A stretch of DNA of 64,000 nt from a virus, in IMG/VR virus record IMGVR_UViG_3300032116_000064, positions 37,538 to 101,537 of that record. One strand, given 5' to 3'. The notes beneath the pieces were generated by a model that did no database searches, had not been told where the DNA came from, and saw only the letters and a list, made by a program, of their open reading frames with translations. The position numbers and the translations under genes are program-made. This document shows positions 1 to 9,882 of this stretch, in pieces (position 1 is the first letter of the stretch; each line of letters starts with the position of its first letter).

Positions 1-243
1 CTTTCCGATATGTCAATTTGCATACAAGGAACATGTTTTAACTGTGGTGCTTGCCAATGGATGGCAGTTGATGGAAACTGGGTCAAAGTTCATCCAGTAT
101 ATTTTACACCAATACAAAATGGATGCTTTACAAGCACTTTGGAAAATTCATATATTAATATGCCCAATTGTAACTGTCTTCCACCAGCATTTCCAACAAA
201 TCAATCACAAGGATTTGAAATAACCCCCTGTTTTAGACTGTAA
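1..243 (+). CDS. Cys-rich hypothetical protein, probably the C-terminal end of a gene starting before the window
   Basis: Frame is open from base 1 to TAA at 241-243; 8 Cys in 77 aa. Confidence 0.5.
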   Translation, partial: LSDMSICIQGTCFNCGACQWMAVDGNWVKVHPVYFTPIQNGCFTSTLENSYINMPNCNCLPPAFPTNQSQGFEITPCFRL

Positions 244-294
244 AAATACCTATAATATAAGTAAAAGGATAAGTTATATCTGAAAGGAATAAAT

Positions 295-894
295 ATGAAA
301 CTTAAAAATCAAGTAACAATTCAGCCACCACCATATTCTGATAACAGCGGAAGGATAATCAATCCTAATGCTATTACTACTGATAGTATAGATCTAATAT
401 TTATAGATAACCCTAAAACCAAGACGTTAAACGTACAAATATTACCATTATCTGTTACTGCCAATTTATGGAGTGGAGACAATTATACATTAATTGGTGA
501 TTGGACTAAATCTCAAGCGGAAAAAAAATTAGAGGAATTAATGAGTAATAATCCTGCTGTATATTTGCGATCACTTTATCCAAAGACTCTAGAAGAAAAC
601 CCCAATCATCCCGGCACTGTTCTGTCTAAGATGATTAAAAGTGTTGGTATTCAAATGACAGACAGTTGCTCTTGTAAGCGTCATGCTCTAGAAATGAATG
701 AAAAGGGCAACGATTGGTGTGAGCAAAATATAGATACTATTGTTGGGTGGCTAAGAGATGAAGCCAAGCGTAGAAACTTACCATTTATGGACGCTCTTGG
801 TAAATTACTAGTAGGCAGGGCTATTAAAAAGTCCCGTAAATTGCTAGCAAATGAACCAGTTCCAGAAAATGACGAAGAATTAGATAGTATTTAG
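295..894 (+). CDS. Hypothetical two-domain protein with a C-terminal Cys motif (CSC...WC)
   Basis: 199-aa ORF with AAGGA RBS; motif CSCKRHALEMNEKGNDWCEQNIDTIVGWLRDEA. Confidence 0.7.
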   Translation: MKLKNQVTIQPPPYSDNSGRIINPNAITTDSIDLIFIDNPKTKTLNVQILPLSVTANLWSGDNYTLIGDWTKSQAEKKLEELMSNNPAVYLRSLYPKTLEENPNHPGTVLSKMIKSVGIQMTDSCSCKRHALEMNEKGNDWCEQNIDTIVGWLRDEAKRRNLPFMDALGKLLVGRAIKKSRKLLANEPVPENDEELDSI

Positions 895-899
895 TTTTG

Positions 900-915
900 G
901 TGTATACTATACTAG
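900..915 (+). promoter_or_regulatory. Putative late promoter GTGTATA-N6-TAG
   Basis: GTGTATA ctatac TAG in an intergenic gap, 45 nt upstream of the ATG at 945; the motif recurs at 7156, 10360, 28764 and 39317. Confidence 0.65.
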
Positions 916-944
916 ATAAACTAACCTAATAACAGGGACACATT

Positions 945-1463
945 ATGTCTTGGCGTAGTCAAATACCATTAATTGTTAGGCATCTAATAAATGACCTTGA
1001 CCAAGAAAAATACAAGTATTCTGACGAAAGAATAGAAACATCTATTCTAGTTAGCGCACAATTGCTGTCAATTGAAACAGATTTTACTAATTCATACATT
1101 ATAGATATTGCTAACGGTGGGTTATCTCCAGATCCAACTGAAGGTATGATAGATAACGCCTTCATAAATCTTACTGCTCTTAAATCAGCATGTATTATAA
1201 TTGGAAGTGAGTTAAAAACAGAAGCTTCAAATGCTATATCTATAAAAGATGGTCCTTCAGCAATAGATCTACGTGGAGTAGCATCTACGTTATCTATTCT
1301 ATATAAAGATCTATCTGATAAATATTCTAAACTGTTATTAGATTATCGCGCTGGCAATAGTATTGCTGGACATGCAATTCTTGGCCCATATAGTCCCGCT
1401 AGTGATTATGTCGTAAGAACGCATGGCGATTACGATTCTCGGGGTGGTTATTTTAGATATTAA
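945..1463 (+). CDS. Putative head-tail adaptor (neck) protein
   Basis: N-terminal VRHLINDLD...YSDERI pattern typical of head-completion adaptors; size and position at the start of the neck/tail module. Confidence 0.55.
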   Translation: MSWRSQIPLIVRHLINDLDQEKYKYSDERIETSILVSAQLLSIETDFTNSYIIDIANGGLSPDPTEGMIDNAFINLTALKSACIIIGSELKTEASNAISIKDGPSAIDLRGVASTLSILYKDLSDKYSKLLLDYRAGNSIAGHAILGPYSPASDYVVRTHGDYDSRGGYFRY

Positions 1464-1475
1464 TGGAGGCTCGAA

Positions 1476-2441
1476 ATGACGGCTAAAAATAAGGATGCTT
1501 TGATAGCATATGTAACTGGAGTTTTAGCAGATAATAATGCTGGACAAATATCAGCCGCTGATGTTCGTATCAGTATAATTGATACAATTGATTCTATAGT
1601 TCCTATTGTTAGCAGTGGGGACTTTTATAGTTATCCATTTATCAAAAATGTTAGAATTAAAAGAACTGACGGCGATGGAGATACTGGACATTTAATTGTG
1701 GATTCTGGTATAAAATTCTCAGATGATTCTATACAATATGTAGCTTACCCCGGAGCTATGGCAATTTCTCATACAGGATTAGCTCAACTAAATATTGGCG
1801 ATCCTCACCCACAATATGTTCCAGCCGATGGTGGCAGAGCATTTACACAGAATGTTGCTCTAGGAAATAAATGGGTCAACGCTAGTGGTAGTTCCATAGT
1901 ACAATCTACAACCGGCAAAGGATTACAATTTATATACTCAACAGACCCACTTAGAGAAACTATTAATGTTGGTAGCGGAACACAATTTACATTCTTAAAA
2001 GATAGATCTGTTCTAAATTCATCTAGAGGAGTTGCTAAAGCTTGGATCAGATTCCAAGGTAGTGGCATCGGTGGAGATGGAAGTCCAGCTGTTCTAGATG
2101 CCTATAATGTATCTGGTATTAAAAAAGAAGATAGGGGCAAATTTACTATTATATTTGCATCTGGTATTTTAAAAGATAACAACTATGTTGCTATTGGTCA
2201 TAGTAATGGTAGAAGTACATCTGCTAGTAGAGAAGACTTTAGTGAAAACACTGTTGCTATGGTATCTAGAGTTGGCGATGATGCTCAAAAGTTACGATCT
2301 GTGAGCTTTGTTGTTATGGGTGAAGACACTGGCACGTATTTAGATGGTATAGTTAATGATTTAGTTGTATTTGGTACAGAACCCGGAGGTAGTGGTAATC
2401 CACCTACCGTAGTTATAAATCCAAACTACACAGCTTACTAA
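1476..2441 (+). CDS. Fibre-like virion protein
   Basis: DPHPQY fibre motif and C-terminal AKAWIRFQG...YNVSGI...GKFTIIF domain common in phage fibres; GGAGG RBS. Confidence 0.6.
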   Translation: MTAKNKDALIAYVTGVLADNNAGQISAADVRISIIDTIDSIVPIVSSGDFYSYPFIKNVRIKRTDGDGDTGHLIVDSGIKFSDDSIQYVAYPGAMAISHTGLAQLNIGDPHPQYVPADGGRAFTQNVALGNKWVNASGSSIVQSTTGKGLQFIYSTDPLRETINVGSGTQFTFLKDRSVLNSSRGVAKAWIRFQGSGIGGDGSPAVLDAYNVSGIKKEDRGKFTIIFASGILKDNNYVAIGHSNGRSTSASREDFSENTVAMVSRVGDDAQKLRSVSFVVMGEDTGTYLDGIVNDLVVFGTEPGGSGNPPTVVINPNYTAY

Positions 2442-2448
2442 ATAAAAT

Positions 2449-4548
2449 ATGATTAAGTTATATGATCGTATAAAAGAATTAAGTTATGTGATTGGCACCG
2501 GTAACATTACGTTATCTGGTGCCACTCGCGGATTTTCTACATTCTCATCTTGTTATTCCAATGGTGATGCTTTATTTTATGGGATCACTGACGGCACTGT
2601 GTATGAACTTGGTTCTGGATTATACGTATCTTCATCTAATCAGATACAACGCTTTCCCGTAAAATCTACTAATAACAATTCTCTTGTAAATTTTACAGAA
2701 GGAACCAAAGAGGTATATGTAAACTATCCAGCTACCAACTCTGTTTTTAATACTTCTGGTATAAATCCAGTTCCTCAAAGTAGTGGCTTGGCTTTTTGGA
2801 CTTCTTCCAACTCATTATCATACAATGACAATCTTATTTTTAATTCTGGAAATAGTAGATTAGGACTTAATAAGTCTTCTCCATCTGTTGCTTTAGATAT
2901 TGGTGGAAGTTTAGCTTATTCACAATTAAGAGTTTCTGGTATAAGCGTTAGTGAGTCTGGCATATATTTTCCTTCTGGTAATAATGGATTATCATCTTAT
3001 TCCGGTGGAAGACAACTAGTACACTTTCAGCCAAATCAATTAAGTTCACAGTTGTCTCAAGTGTTGCAACTCAGTGGAATTGTAAATCAAAATATTGTAC
3101 TCAAAAAACAAAATTCAAACATGGTCTTTGCTGGACCTTCCGGTTATTGTAATCCTCCATGCGGCCCAGACTATCCATCTTTTAGACTATTAAATAAGTA
3201 TGATATACCACAAGAAATTCCAAATCTTGATGTTGGCAACGATGATAGCTCTGTTACATTTTTAAGGATCTTCTTACCAAATGGTTTACCAGATAATGTC
3301 TATAGAGATATAAATGCTATTGAAGTTAATAGTAATAGCAATGTTTTTGCAGTAAATGGGTTGGGTCATATTGAAATTGGCACAATAGGTTATTCGCAAG
3401 TTCTTGATTTAGACGATACTATGAATTCTGTTTCTGGTGTATCTGGAATCATATATTCTGTATCGGGAGCGTTAAATTCTAGAATTACAGCAGTGTCTGG
3501 AGTAATAAACTCAGCATCTGGAGCATTAAATTCTAGGATTACATCAGTGTCTGGTTATTTAGACAACAGAATATCAAATATTAATAACTTTATATCAAAT
3601 CCAAATAATAATTTATGGAATGCTCGACTTTCTTTGAGTTCGACTGATTCTACATATAGTGGCAGTGGAACATCATTATACTTAACCCAACACCTTGGTA
3701 ATGCTATTTCATTGTATAATGGCTCTTCTTGGCAGACCATGCAATTTAATTCTAAGTTAGTTTCTAATTTTTCTTCTTTAAGTCCAAACACTATCTATGA
3801 TGTTTTTGGATATTTAAATAACAATGATATTAGTTTTGAATTGACTCCTTGGTCAATGTACACACCTTATGATCCAGAGACTCCAGAAATAGAACCGGTA
3901 AACTCATCAAGAACTATTAATTTATCAACAGTTGATGGAGTATATTGTAAATCTGGGAATAATACCAGAAGATATATTGGCACTATAAGAACATCTAGTT
4001 CTGGTTTTCTTGACAATGAATCTGATAGATTAATATGCAATTTTTACAATAAAATCAAAAAAATAATTCGATCAGATGTAAATTCAATCAATAATGATCC
4101 ATATTTTACCTTTTCGTGGATTTATCCAACCAACGTTATAAGGCAAATTCCATACATATCAGAAGTTTCTGTAGTTAATGGCTTAAATTCTAATATAGAC
4201 TTAAAAGTAATACTAGAAATATTGATACCATATGTTAGATCAGAATACACTCTTGGTATTATAAGAAAGCCAGAAATAAATAATATCTTAGAAAGTATAG
4301 ATAACGATGCAACTTTTGATTACTATGCTGCCATTGTGCTATCTGGAACCAATGGCTTAGTAACCACAGAAAATATTGGTGGAGACTATCAAGATGGATT
4401 ACAAAAAACTATTTCCGCCTCTATATACTGTCAGCCGGTTGGATATGAAAAGTATCATGCTATAGAAAAATCTAGACTTGGTTCGCCCGTAGTATATGGT
4501 AACAGGGTAGTAGGCAGCTATGGAATTATGGGAACATACGAATGTTAA
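2449..4548 (+). CDS. Fibre-like virion protein with a short coiled-coil repeat
   Basis: N-terminal DRIKE...GTGNITLSGA..GF.TF domain seen in phage fibres; SGALNSRIT repeats; followed by a fibre chaperone-like gene. Confidence 0.6.
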   Translation: MIKLYDRIKELSYVIGTGNITLSGATRGFSTFSSCYSNGDALFYGITDGTVYELGSGLYVSSSNQIQRFPVKSTNNNSLVNFTEGTKEVYVNYPATNSVFNTSGINPVPQSSGLAFWTSSNSLSYNDNLIFNSGNSRLGLNKSSPSVALDIGGSLAYSQLRVSGISVSESGIYFPSGNNGLSSYSGGRQLVHFQPNQLSSQLSQVLQLSGIVNQNIVLKKQNSNMVFAGPSGYCNPPCGPDYPSFRLLNKYDIPQEIPNLDVGNDDSSVTFLRIFLPNGLPDNVYRDINAIEVNSNSNVFAVNGLGHIEIGTIGYSQVLDLDDTMNSVSGVSGIIYSVSGALNSRITAVSGVINSASGALNSRITSVSGYLDNRISNINNFISNPNNNLWNARLSLSSTDSTYSGSGTSLYLTQHLGNAISLYNGSSWQTMQFNSKLVSNFSSLSPNTIYDVFGYLNNNDISFELTPWSMYTPYDPETPEIEPVNSSRTINLSTVDGVYCKSGNNTRRYIGTIRTSSSGFLDNESDRLICNFYNKIKKIIRSDVNSINNDPYFTFSWIYPTNVIRQIPYISEVSVVNGLNSNIDLKVILEILIPYVRSEYTLGIIRKPEINNILESIDNDATFDYYAAIVLSGTNGLVTTENIGGDYQDGLQKTISASIYCQPVGYEKYHAIEKSRLGSPVVYGNRVVGSYGIMGTYEC
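3427..3573 (+). repeat. In-frame tandem repeat with a 54-nt (18-aa) period, SGALNSRITxVSG
   Basis: tcgggagcgttaaattctagaattac at 3463 and tctggagcattaaattctaggattac at 3517; Ser-Gly spaced alternately 11 and 7 residues apart. Confidence 0.85.
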
Positions 4549-5054
4549 ACATTTTATTATCTAAATTACAAAATATTATACCTATTAAAGCTATAGTGGA
4601 AAGAAATTCTACTATTGATATAGAATATTTTATAGACAATATGCCATCTGAGTCTCAATTATTACAAATTAGTAATATTATAGATCAGTGGCCTCTTGAA
4701 AAAATAAAATTAGAAAAAATTAAGTTATTAGATGAATCTTGGAAAGTAAGACTTAGAACTGGATGGGAAACTCCAGATGGATATAATCTCGGTATAGATA
4801 TATCTGACGTTACTCTTTTGAATGGAGCTTTCACATTGGCTAAGGAAGCGTCTTTAATGGGTATGAATAATCCCACATCTATTGTAGATTTAGATGGGGC
4901 TTCACATTCACTATCTTTACAAGATCTAACTACGTTAATGTTGCAATACGGACAAGCAAGAGCATCTTTAAGTAATTCATATGCATCCATAAAACAATCA
5001 ATAAATATGGCAACTACAACAGAAGAATTAGAAGCTATAAACACTAATATATAG
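4542..5054 (+). CDS. Fibre assembly chaperone-like protein (DUF4376-like)
   Basis: C-terminal helical pattern ending IKQSINMATTTEELEAI, directly after a fibre gene. Confidence 0.55.
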   Translation: MLNILLSKLQNIIPIKAIVERNSTIDIEYFIDNMPSESQLLQISNIIDQWPLEKIKLEKIKLLDESWKVRLRTGWETPDGYNLGIDISDVTLLNGAFTLAKEASLMGMNNPTSIVDLDGASHSLSLQDLTTLMLQYGQARASLSNSYASIKQSINMATTTEELEAINTNI

Positions 5055-5062
5055 GTATTAAT

Positions 5063-5545
5063 ATGCCAGTAAACGTACCAGAAAGTGTATTCGACAAGTA
5101 CTATGATGTTATAGATTCTACTTTTGACATATTTGGAGTAGTTTGTAAACTTGTTACTACCAATAAAATAGAAGAAGTAATATATAATCCTAGCAATAAT
5201 ATACCAGAAAGAAATTCTATTAATGCTCATCGTATAAACAATCCAGATTATGAGCGATCCAATAAAATCATAAGGGAAGTAGAAGTATATAATGAGATAA
5301 AATTAAAAGTATACTGGAATCCAAGAGATTGGATCAACGTTGCTGGAGATATACAAGTTCCCAATAATGTGATACAAACAATCGGCTTTATGAAAGATTT
5401 GCCACTAATATTGAAATCTAAAGCTTTAATAGTCCATAAAGGAATAGAAGACTACAAAGAAATGAGATTTGAAAGAATGGGTGAGCATATACCAGTTGGA
5501 TTAAGACAAGATAGATATTTTTCTTGTTTATGGAGTAGAGCATGA
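5063..5545 (+). CDS. Putative head-closure (stopper) protein
   Basis: 160-aa, beta-rich-looking ORF in the canonical neck position; positional inference. Confidence 0.4.
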   Translation: MPVNVPESVFDKYYDVIDSTFDIFGVVCKLVTTNKIEEVIYNPSNNIPERNSINAHRINNPDYERSNKIIREVEVYNEIKLKVYWNPRDWINVAGDIQVPNNVIQTIGFMKDLPLILKSKALIVHKGIEDYKEMRFERMGEHIPVGLRQDRYFSCLWSRA

Positions 5546-6177
5546 GTATCTCTCTAAAATTATTAGATTCAGTAGATGAAGTAGAGAGCAAAATATTATC
5601 TGCTATTTCTTCGAATTTTAATTCCTTAATGAAATCAAACAAGACTAAAATATTTAATGAAATCAAACTCTTAATTCCTTCATGGATATCTAATCAACCA
5701 GAAATTAGTTCTTTATCTTCTAGTGACCCCCAATCATTAGTTGGACAATTCGGTATAACTATTGACCCATCTTCGATTATAAATAGTATAATATCCGCTG
5801 TTGTTAACTCATGTTCCGTATCTATAGTTCCATATGACAGTAAACTAAAAAATGGCGGAATTGAGATCAATATACAACCAGATAATTTTGCTAATCTCAT
5901 TGGACTTCCACAAGGGCATTCAACTTATTTAGGTGGCGACCTACATTGGTTAGATTGGTTATTAAATAGGGGTGATGAAATAATAGTAGTTGGTTATCAA
6001 TACAACCCACAAACTGGTTTAGGCAGATCTAAACTAGGAAATATGAAATCTGGCGGATCTTTTAGAGTGCCTCCACAATTTTCTGGTACTCAAGACAATA
6101 ACTTTATAACTCGCTCATTAGTAGGGGCCGAACAAGAAAAACAAATAGCCAAGATCTTTGAAAAAATACTAAACTAA
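5542..6177 (+). CDS. Putative neck/tail-completion protein
   Basis: 211 aa, ATGA overlap with the previous gene, ends in a DNNFITRSL motif; positional inference. Confidence 0.4.
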   Translation: MSISLKLLDSVDEVESKILSAISSNFNSLMKSNKTKIFNEIKLLIPSWISNQPEISSLSSSDPQSLVGQFGITIDPSSIINSIISAVVNSCSVSIVPYDSKLKNGGIEINIQPDNFANLIGLPQGHSTYLGGDLHWLDWLLNRGDEIIVVGYQYNPQTGLGRSKLGNMKSGGSFRVPPQFSGTQDNNFITRSLVGAEQEKQIAKIFEKILN

Positions 6178-6178
6178 A

Positions 6179-7150
6179 ATGAATTATTTAAACTTAAAGG
6201 GTTTTGATAGCGTATTCGACACAACTCTTAACAATGAGTTGCAAGATAATATTGTTGAATTTTTAGAGTGGTCCCTTTTAGAAAAGGGTAACTATATGAA
6301 TGTTTCACTTGGGGAATTATCTCCAGAAGGAATAGATTATAGTAAACTAAGAATATCTTCTAATTCATCTTTTCCAAGCGGTAAGGCTTGGGAGGGATTT
6401 AGACAAAACTGGATTTGGCAAAGTGGCGTTTCTTACAATCCTCCTCCCATAGTAGGGAATAATCATGCTATACCCGGTATTTCTGGAATATATGTAAATA
6501 ATGTATTTTATCCATCAAATACTAGTGGAACATATGCTCACAAAGTAGATTATTTCAATGGTCGCGTTGTATTTAATAACATAATCCCAACAAATAGTGT
6601 AGTAAAAGCTGAATATAGTTATAGATATATAAATGTAGTATATGCTAATAGTTTACCTTGGTTAACAGAAGTTCAGTATTCATCCCTAAACTTAGGGGAA
6701 GACTTTGATGATCTTAATAAAGGTAAATATGATATTCCCGCAGAAGCTAGAATTCAATTGCCTGCTATAGCCATTGAGATTGTTCCAAGAAGAACATTGA
6801 AAGGTTATCAACTCGGCGGTGGTCAGTGGGTAGATACCGACATTTTGTTCCACTGTTTAGCTGAAGATGAATATACTCGTAATAAATTAGTAGATATTAT
6901 ATCCTTACAAAATGATAAAACTATATATATGTTTAATAGTAATGCTATAGCAAGGAGTGGGTCTTTTCCGTTGGATTATCATGGTTTTCCTGTTTCTGGA
7001 GCTTTAAGATACCCAGACTTGGTAGAAAATTACTATCGCGGAAATTTACGCCTTAAAAACTCTAGTGTTCAAAATATGAAAGTAGTAAATAGTAATTTTT
7101 ACGCTGGTATTGTGAGAATGACATTAGAAACAATCGAAACATCAATATAA
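6179..7150 (+). CDS. Putative tail terminator with an inserted beta domain
   Basis: Directly precedes the major tail gene; QLPAIAIE...DILFHCLAE pattern resembles tail terminators; VDYFNGRVVF insert. Confidence 0.45.
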   Translation: MNYLNLKGFDSVFDTTLNNELQDNIVEFLEWSLLEKGNYMNVSLGELSPEGIDYSKLRISSNSSFPSGKAWEGFRQNWIWQSGVSYNPPPIVGNNHAIPGISGIYVNNVFYPSNTSGTYAHKVDYFNGRVVFNNIIPTNSVVKAEYSYRYINVVYANSLPWLTEVQYSSLNLGEDFDDLNKGKYDIPAEARIQLPAIAIEIVPRRTLKGYQLGGGQWVDTDILFHCLAEDEYTRNKLVDIISLQNDKTIYMFNSNAIARSGSFPLDYHGFPVSGALRYPDLVENYYRGNLRLKNSSVQNMKVVNSNFYAGIVRMTLETIETSI

Positions 7151-7155
7151 TTTTA

Positions 7156-7171
7156 GTGTATAACTAACTAG
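7156..7171 (+). promoter_or_regulatory. Putative late promoter GTGTATA-N6-TAG
   Basis: GTGTATA actaac TAG, intergenic, 45 nt upstream of the ATG at 7201. Confidence 0.65.
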
Positions 7172-7200
7172 AGCTTACCATCTTAAAATAGGAGAGAATT

Positions 7201-8427
7201 ATGCCCGCTTCAAACAATAATAGAATTTTTTATGCTTGCCAAGCAGTGGCCCTTCACCCACAGCAAACTAATGCACAAACCGGTGCTTTATCAAATTACG
7301 GTGCTGCAACAGTTTTACACGGCGTACAAAGCGTAGGTATCAATACAACATTTAATTTAGAGCAAGTATTTGAACTAGGTCAAATTCATATTTATGAAAA
7401 TATTGAAGGTGTGCCAGACGTTGAAGTAACTCTTGAAAAGGTACTTGATGGTTATCCATTAATGTATCACGTTGCAACAGCCGCCGTGGCAACTGATAAT
7501 TCTACAACCGGTGCCGCTAAAGCTTCTCTAGTCGCTAGAACAAAATACAGATGCAATGTTGGTCTAGGCATTTTCTCGGATACTGTTTCTCACGTTGGCG
7601 ATGATTCAGCTACACCAATAGAAGTTTTAATGAGCGGAATGTATGTTAGTAGTATTGGTTATACTATTCCTGTAGATGGCAATGCTACTGAGTCACTTAC
7701 ATTGGTTGGCAACCACAAGCAATGGAATACTAGTCCATCAGTAGCAACCAATGCTGTTGTTAGAACTCTTACATCTGGAACAAATTACTATGACGGTCCC
7801 GGCAATTTTAGCGGTGGTGCTGGAGGTCCAGCATTCAGAGGTGGAGTACAAAGAAGAGAAAATGTTGCTTTAAATGGTTCTGTGCTTCCCGTATCAATCA
7901 AGGGAGTTGTAGGAACTACTACTGGCAATGCTTGGACGGGCGGAACAGCCGCTACTGGAGTACCTAGAGTACACTTACAGAATATTAGCATAAGTTGTGA
8001 CTTAAATCGTGAAAGTGTACAGGAACTTGGAAGAAAAGCTCCATATACAAGATATGCAAATTTCCCTGTAGAAGTTACATGTGAAATTGAAGCTCTTTGT
8101 GCTTCTGGGGACTTTGTACAGGCATTAGAAGAAGGCATTAAGGGCGGTACTGTGAATGGGGTAAGTTATGCTCTCGGTACAGAAAATTATGGAAATAATA
8201 CTCCAAATGAAACCATCTTAATCAGATTACATGATGGTACATGTTTTGACCTTGGTAATAAAAACAGATTATCATCTATTAACTATACGGGCGGTGACGC
8301 TGGTGGTGGTAATGTAACAACTACATATAGTTATAGCACCTTTAATGCTCTAAGCGTTTTCCACCCCTTGGATCCAGCCGGAAGCACTGTTGCTCCAGTT
8401 GGTGGATTTAAGTTTAATGGTCAGTAA
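7201..8427 (+). CDS. Major tail (tube) protein
   Basis: Strong AGGAGA RBS, own promoter motif, duplicated tube-like motifs (LEQVFELG / RESVQELG), located upstream of the chaperones and tape measure. Confidence 0.7.
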   Translation: MPASNNNRIFYACQAVALHPQQTNAQTGALSNYGAATVLHGVQSVGINTTFNLEQVFELGQIHIYENIEGVPDVEVTLEKVLDGYPLMYHVATAAVATDNSTTGAAKASLVARTKYRCNVGLGIFSDTVSHVGDDSATPIEVLMSGMYVSSIGYTIPVDGNATESLTLVGNHKQWNTSPSVATNAVVRTLTSGTNYYDGPGNFSGGAGGPAFRGGVQRRENVALNGSVLPVSIKGVVGTTTGNAWTGGTAATGVPRVHLQNISISCDLNRESVQELGRKAPYTRYANFPVEVTCEIEALCASGDFVQALEEGIKGGTVNGVSYALGTENYGNNTPNETILIRLHDGTCFDLGNKNRLSSINYTGGDAGGGNVTTTYSYSTFNALSVFHPLDPAGSTVAPVGGFKFNGQ

Positions 8428-8471
8428 TATATCGTTTAGCTAAAACTTAATAGGATTTTTAAGGAAACAAA

Positions 8472-8513
8472 ATGAGACTCCCGCTTGTGAGAAAGCTGTA
8501 TGAAGCATCATGA
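8472..8513 (+). CDS. Putative 13-aa uORF (MRLPLVRKLYEAS) overlapping the start of the 8500 gene
   Basis: AAGGA at 8461-8465, ATG at 8472, TGA at 8511-8513; out of frame with the ATG at 8500. Confidence 0.35.
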   Translation: MRLPLVRKLYEAS

Positions 8514-8525
8514 GCGGGAGTTTTT
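8477..8525 (+). terminator. Long RNA hairpin with U-tract (attenuator/terminator) enclosing the 8500 start codon
   Basis: ACTCCCGCTTGTGA (8477-8490) pairs with TCATGAGCGGGAGT (8508-8521): 14 bp including 2 G-U pairs, running into TTTTT. Confidence 0.6.
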
Positions 8526-9528
8526 CGTTTCTATGATACGATCTGGAAAAGTATTTATTAACCATAATAATATAGAATTGGAAATACACCCTATCACAGT
8601 TGAGCAAAACTTCAAATCTTGCCAAATCTATAAATCTGCTTATGACAAAGCTTATTCAGAAGAAATAATGACAGAAGAGGATATGGATCAGTGGATGTTA
8701 GAAAATGAACTGTGGACTATTCATGATAATAAAAAGGAAGAATCACTGAAAAATGATCTTGAACGTCTTAAAGTTGAAATCTATAATAATAGAGATAATA
8801 CGATGATGGTTAATAGTATAAGAAAATACTTACGTGCTGGTGAGCTTCAGTTGTCTAGCCATCTCAATAAAAAATACATGTATCATCAAAATACATGCGA
8901 AGGAGTAGCCTCAACAGAAAGACTAGCTTGGATAATAAAAAACACTACATATTGTGATAATCAACCATATGATTTTGATGAGATATCTTTACAATATGTT
9001 ATAGATGAGTGGCAGTCTCATTTTTTGAGCGATACTAAATGTAGAGATTTAGCACGAAATGATCCATGGAAATCGCTATGGATAGTTCGTGAGAAAAGTA
9101 ACATTTCACTTTTTGCTAATCCACCAAATACAGAATTAACACATAATCAAAAAAGTTTATTAATTTGGTCACAAATGTATGATAATATACAAGAATCAAT
9201 GGACTGTCCCAATAAAGAAGTTATAGAAGATGATGATATGCTAGATGGATGGTTCATAGTTCAGCATAAGAAACGAGAAAAAGAACGCTATGAACGTGAA
9301 TTTGAAAACCAAACAAACAATGAAAAAATAAAAAATGCTGGTGAAGTGTATGTAATGTCTAGCAATAAGCAAACTACAGATAAAATTAATAGTTTAAATA
9401 ATACTCAAGCTAATATTATTAAAGCTCAAAGATTTGCTGCTCTTAGACAACTTGACAGCATTCAAGAACAACACTTGCCCGATCAGCGACAAAATATTCA
9501 AATGCAGGCTACTCGACAAGGAATATAG
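8500..9528 (+). CDS. Putative tail assembly chaperone, long paralog
   Basis: Lies between the major tail and tape measure genes; N-terminal half is similar to the 9883 protein. Confidence 0.55.
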   Translation: MKHHEREFFVSMIRSGKVFINHNNIELEIHPITVEQNFKSCQIYKSAYDKAYSEEIMTEEDMDQWMLENELWTIHDNKKEESLKNDLERLKVEIYNNRDNTMMVNSIRKYLRAGELQLSSHLNKKYMYHQNTCEGVASTERLAWIIKNTTYCDNQPYDFDEISLQYVIDEWQSHFLSDTKCRDLARNDPWKSLWIVREKSNISLFANPPNTELTHNQKSLLIWSQMYDNIQESMDCPNKEVIEDDDMLDGWFIVQHKKREKERYEREFENQTNNEKIKNAGEVYVMSSNKQTTDKINSLNNTQANIIKAQRFAALRQLDSIQEQHLPDQRQNIQMQATRQGI

Positions 9529-9537
9529 AAGGAGGAT

Positions 9538-9870
9538 ATGATGGACGATTATAAAAAGATTAGAGACTCAAAATACAAATCTGACTCAAGAGATAGATTG
9601 TCTAAAATTCTAAAAAAGAAAATACAGACGACTATGATTGGTGCTTTAAGCACTATAGAAGAGAATTTTGGATTCTTGTGGAATAGTGAATCCAAAGAGC
9701 CACTTACTAAAGATCAAGAGATGATGAAGAATCTTTATAATAAGGTTAGATCAGAAATCTTAGATCGTGGTAATAATCAAGCTAGAAATATTGATGCTGA
9801 GTTAGCTCAATATGAAGTAGAGTGGACAAGATATCAACTTAAAATTCCAGTAATAAATCCTAACAAATAA
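9538..9870 (+). CDS. Hypothetical protein in the tail-chaperone region
   Basis: 110-aa ORF with AGGAGG RBS. Confidence 0.75.
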   Translation: MMDDYKKIRDSKYKSDSRDRLSKILKKKIQTTMIGALSTIEENFGFLWNSESKEPLTKDQEMMKNLYNKVRSEILDRGNNQARNIDAELAQYEVEWTRYQLKIPVINPNK

Positions 9871-9882
9871 TTGGAGGAACCC

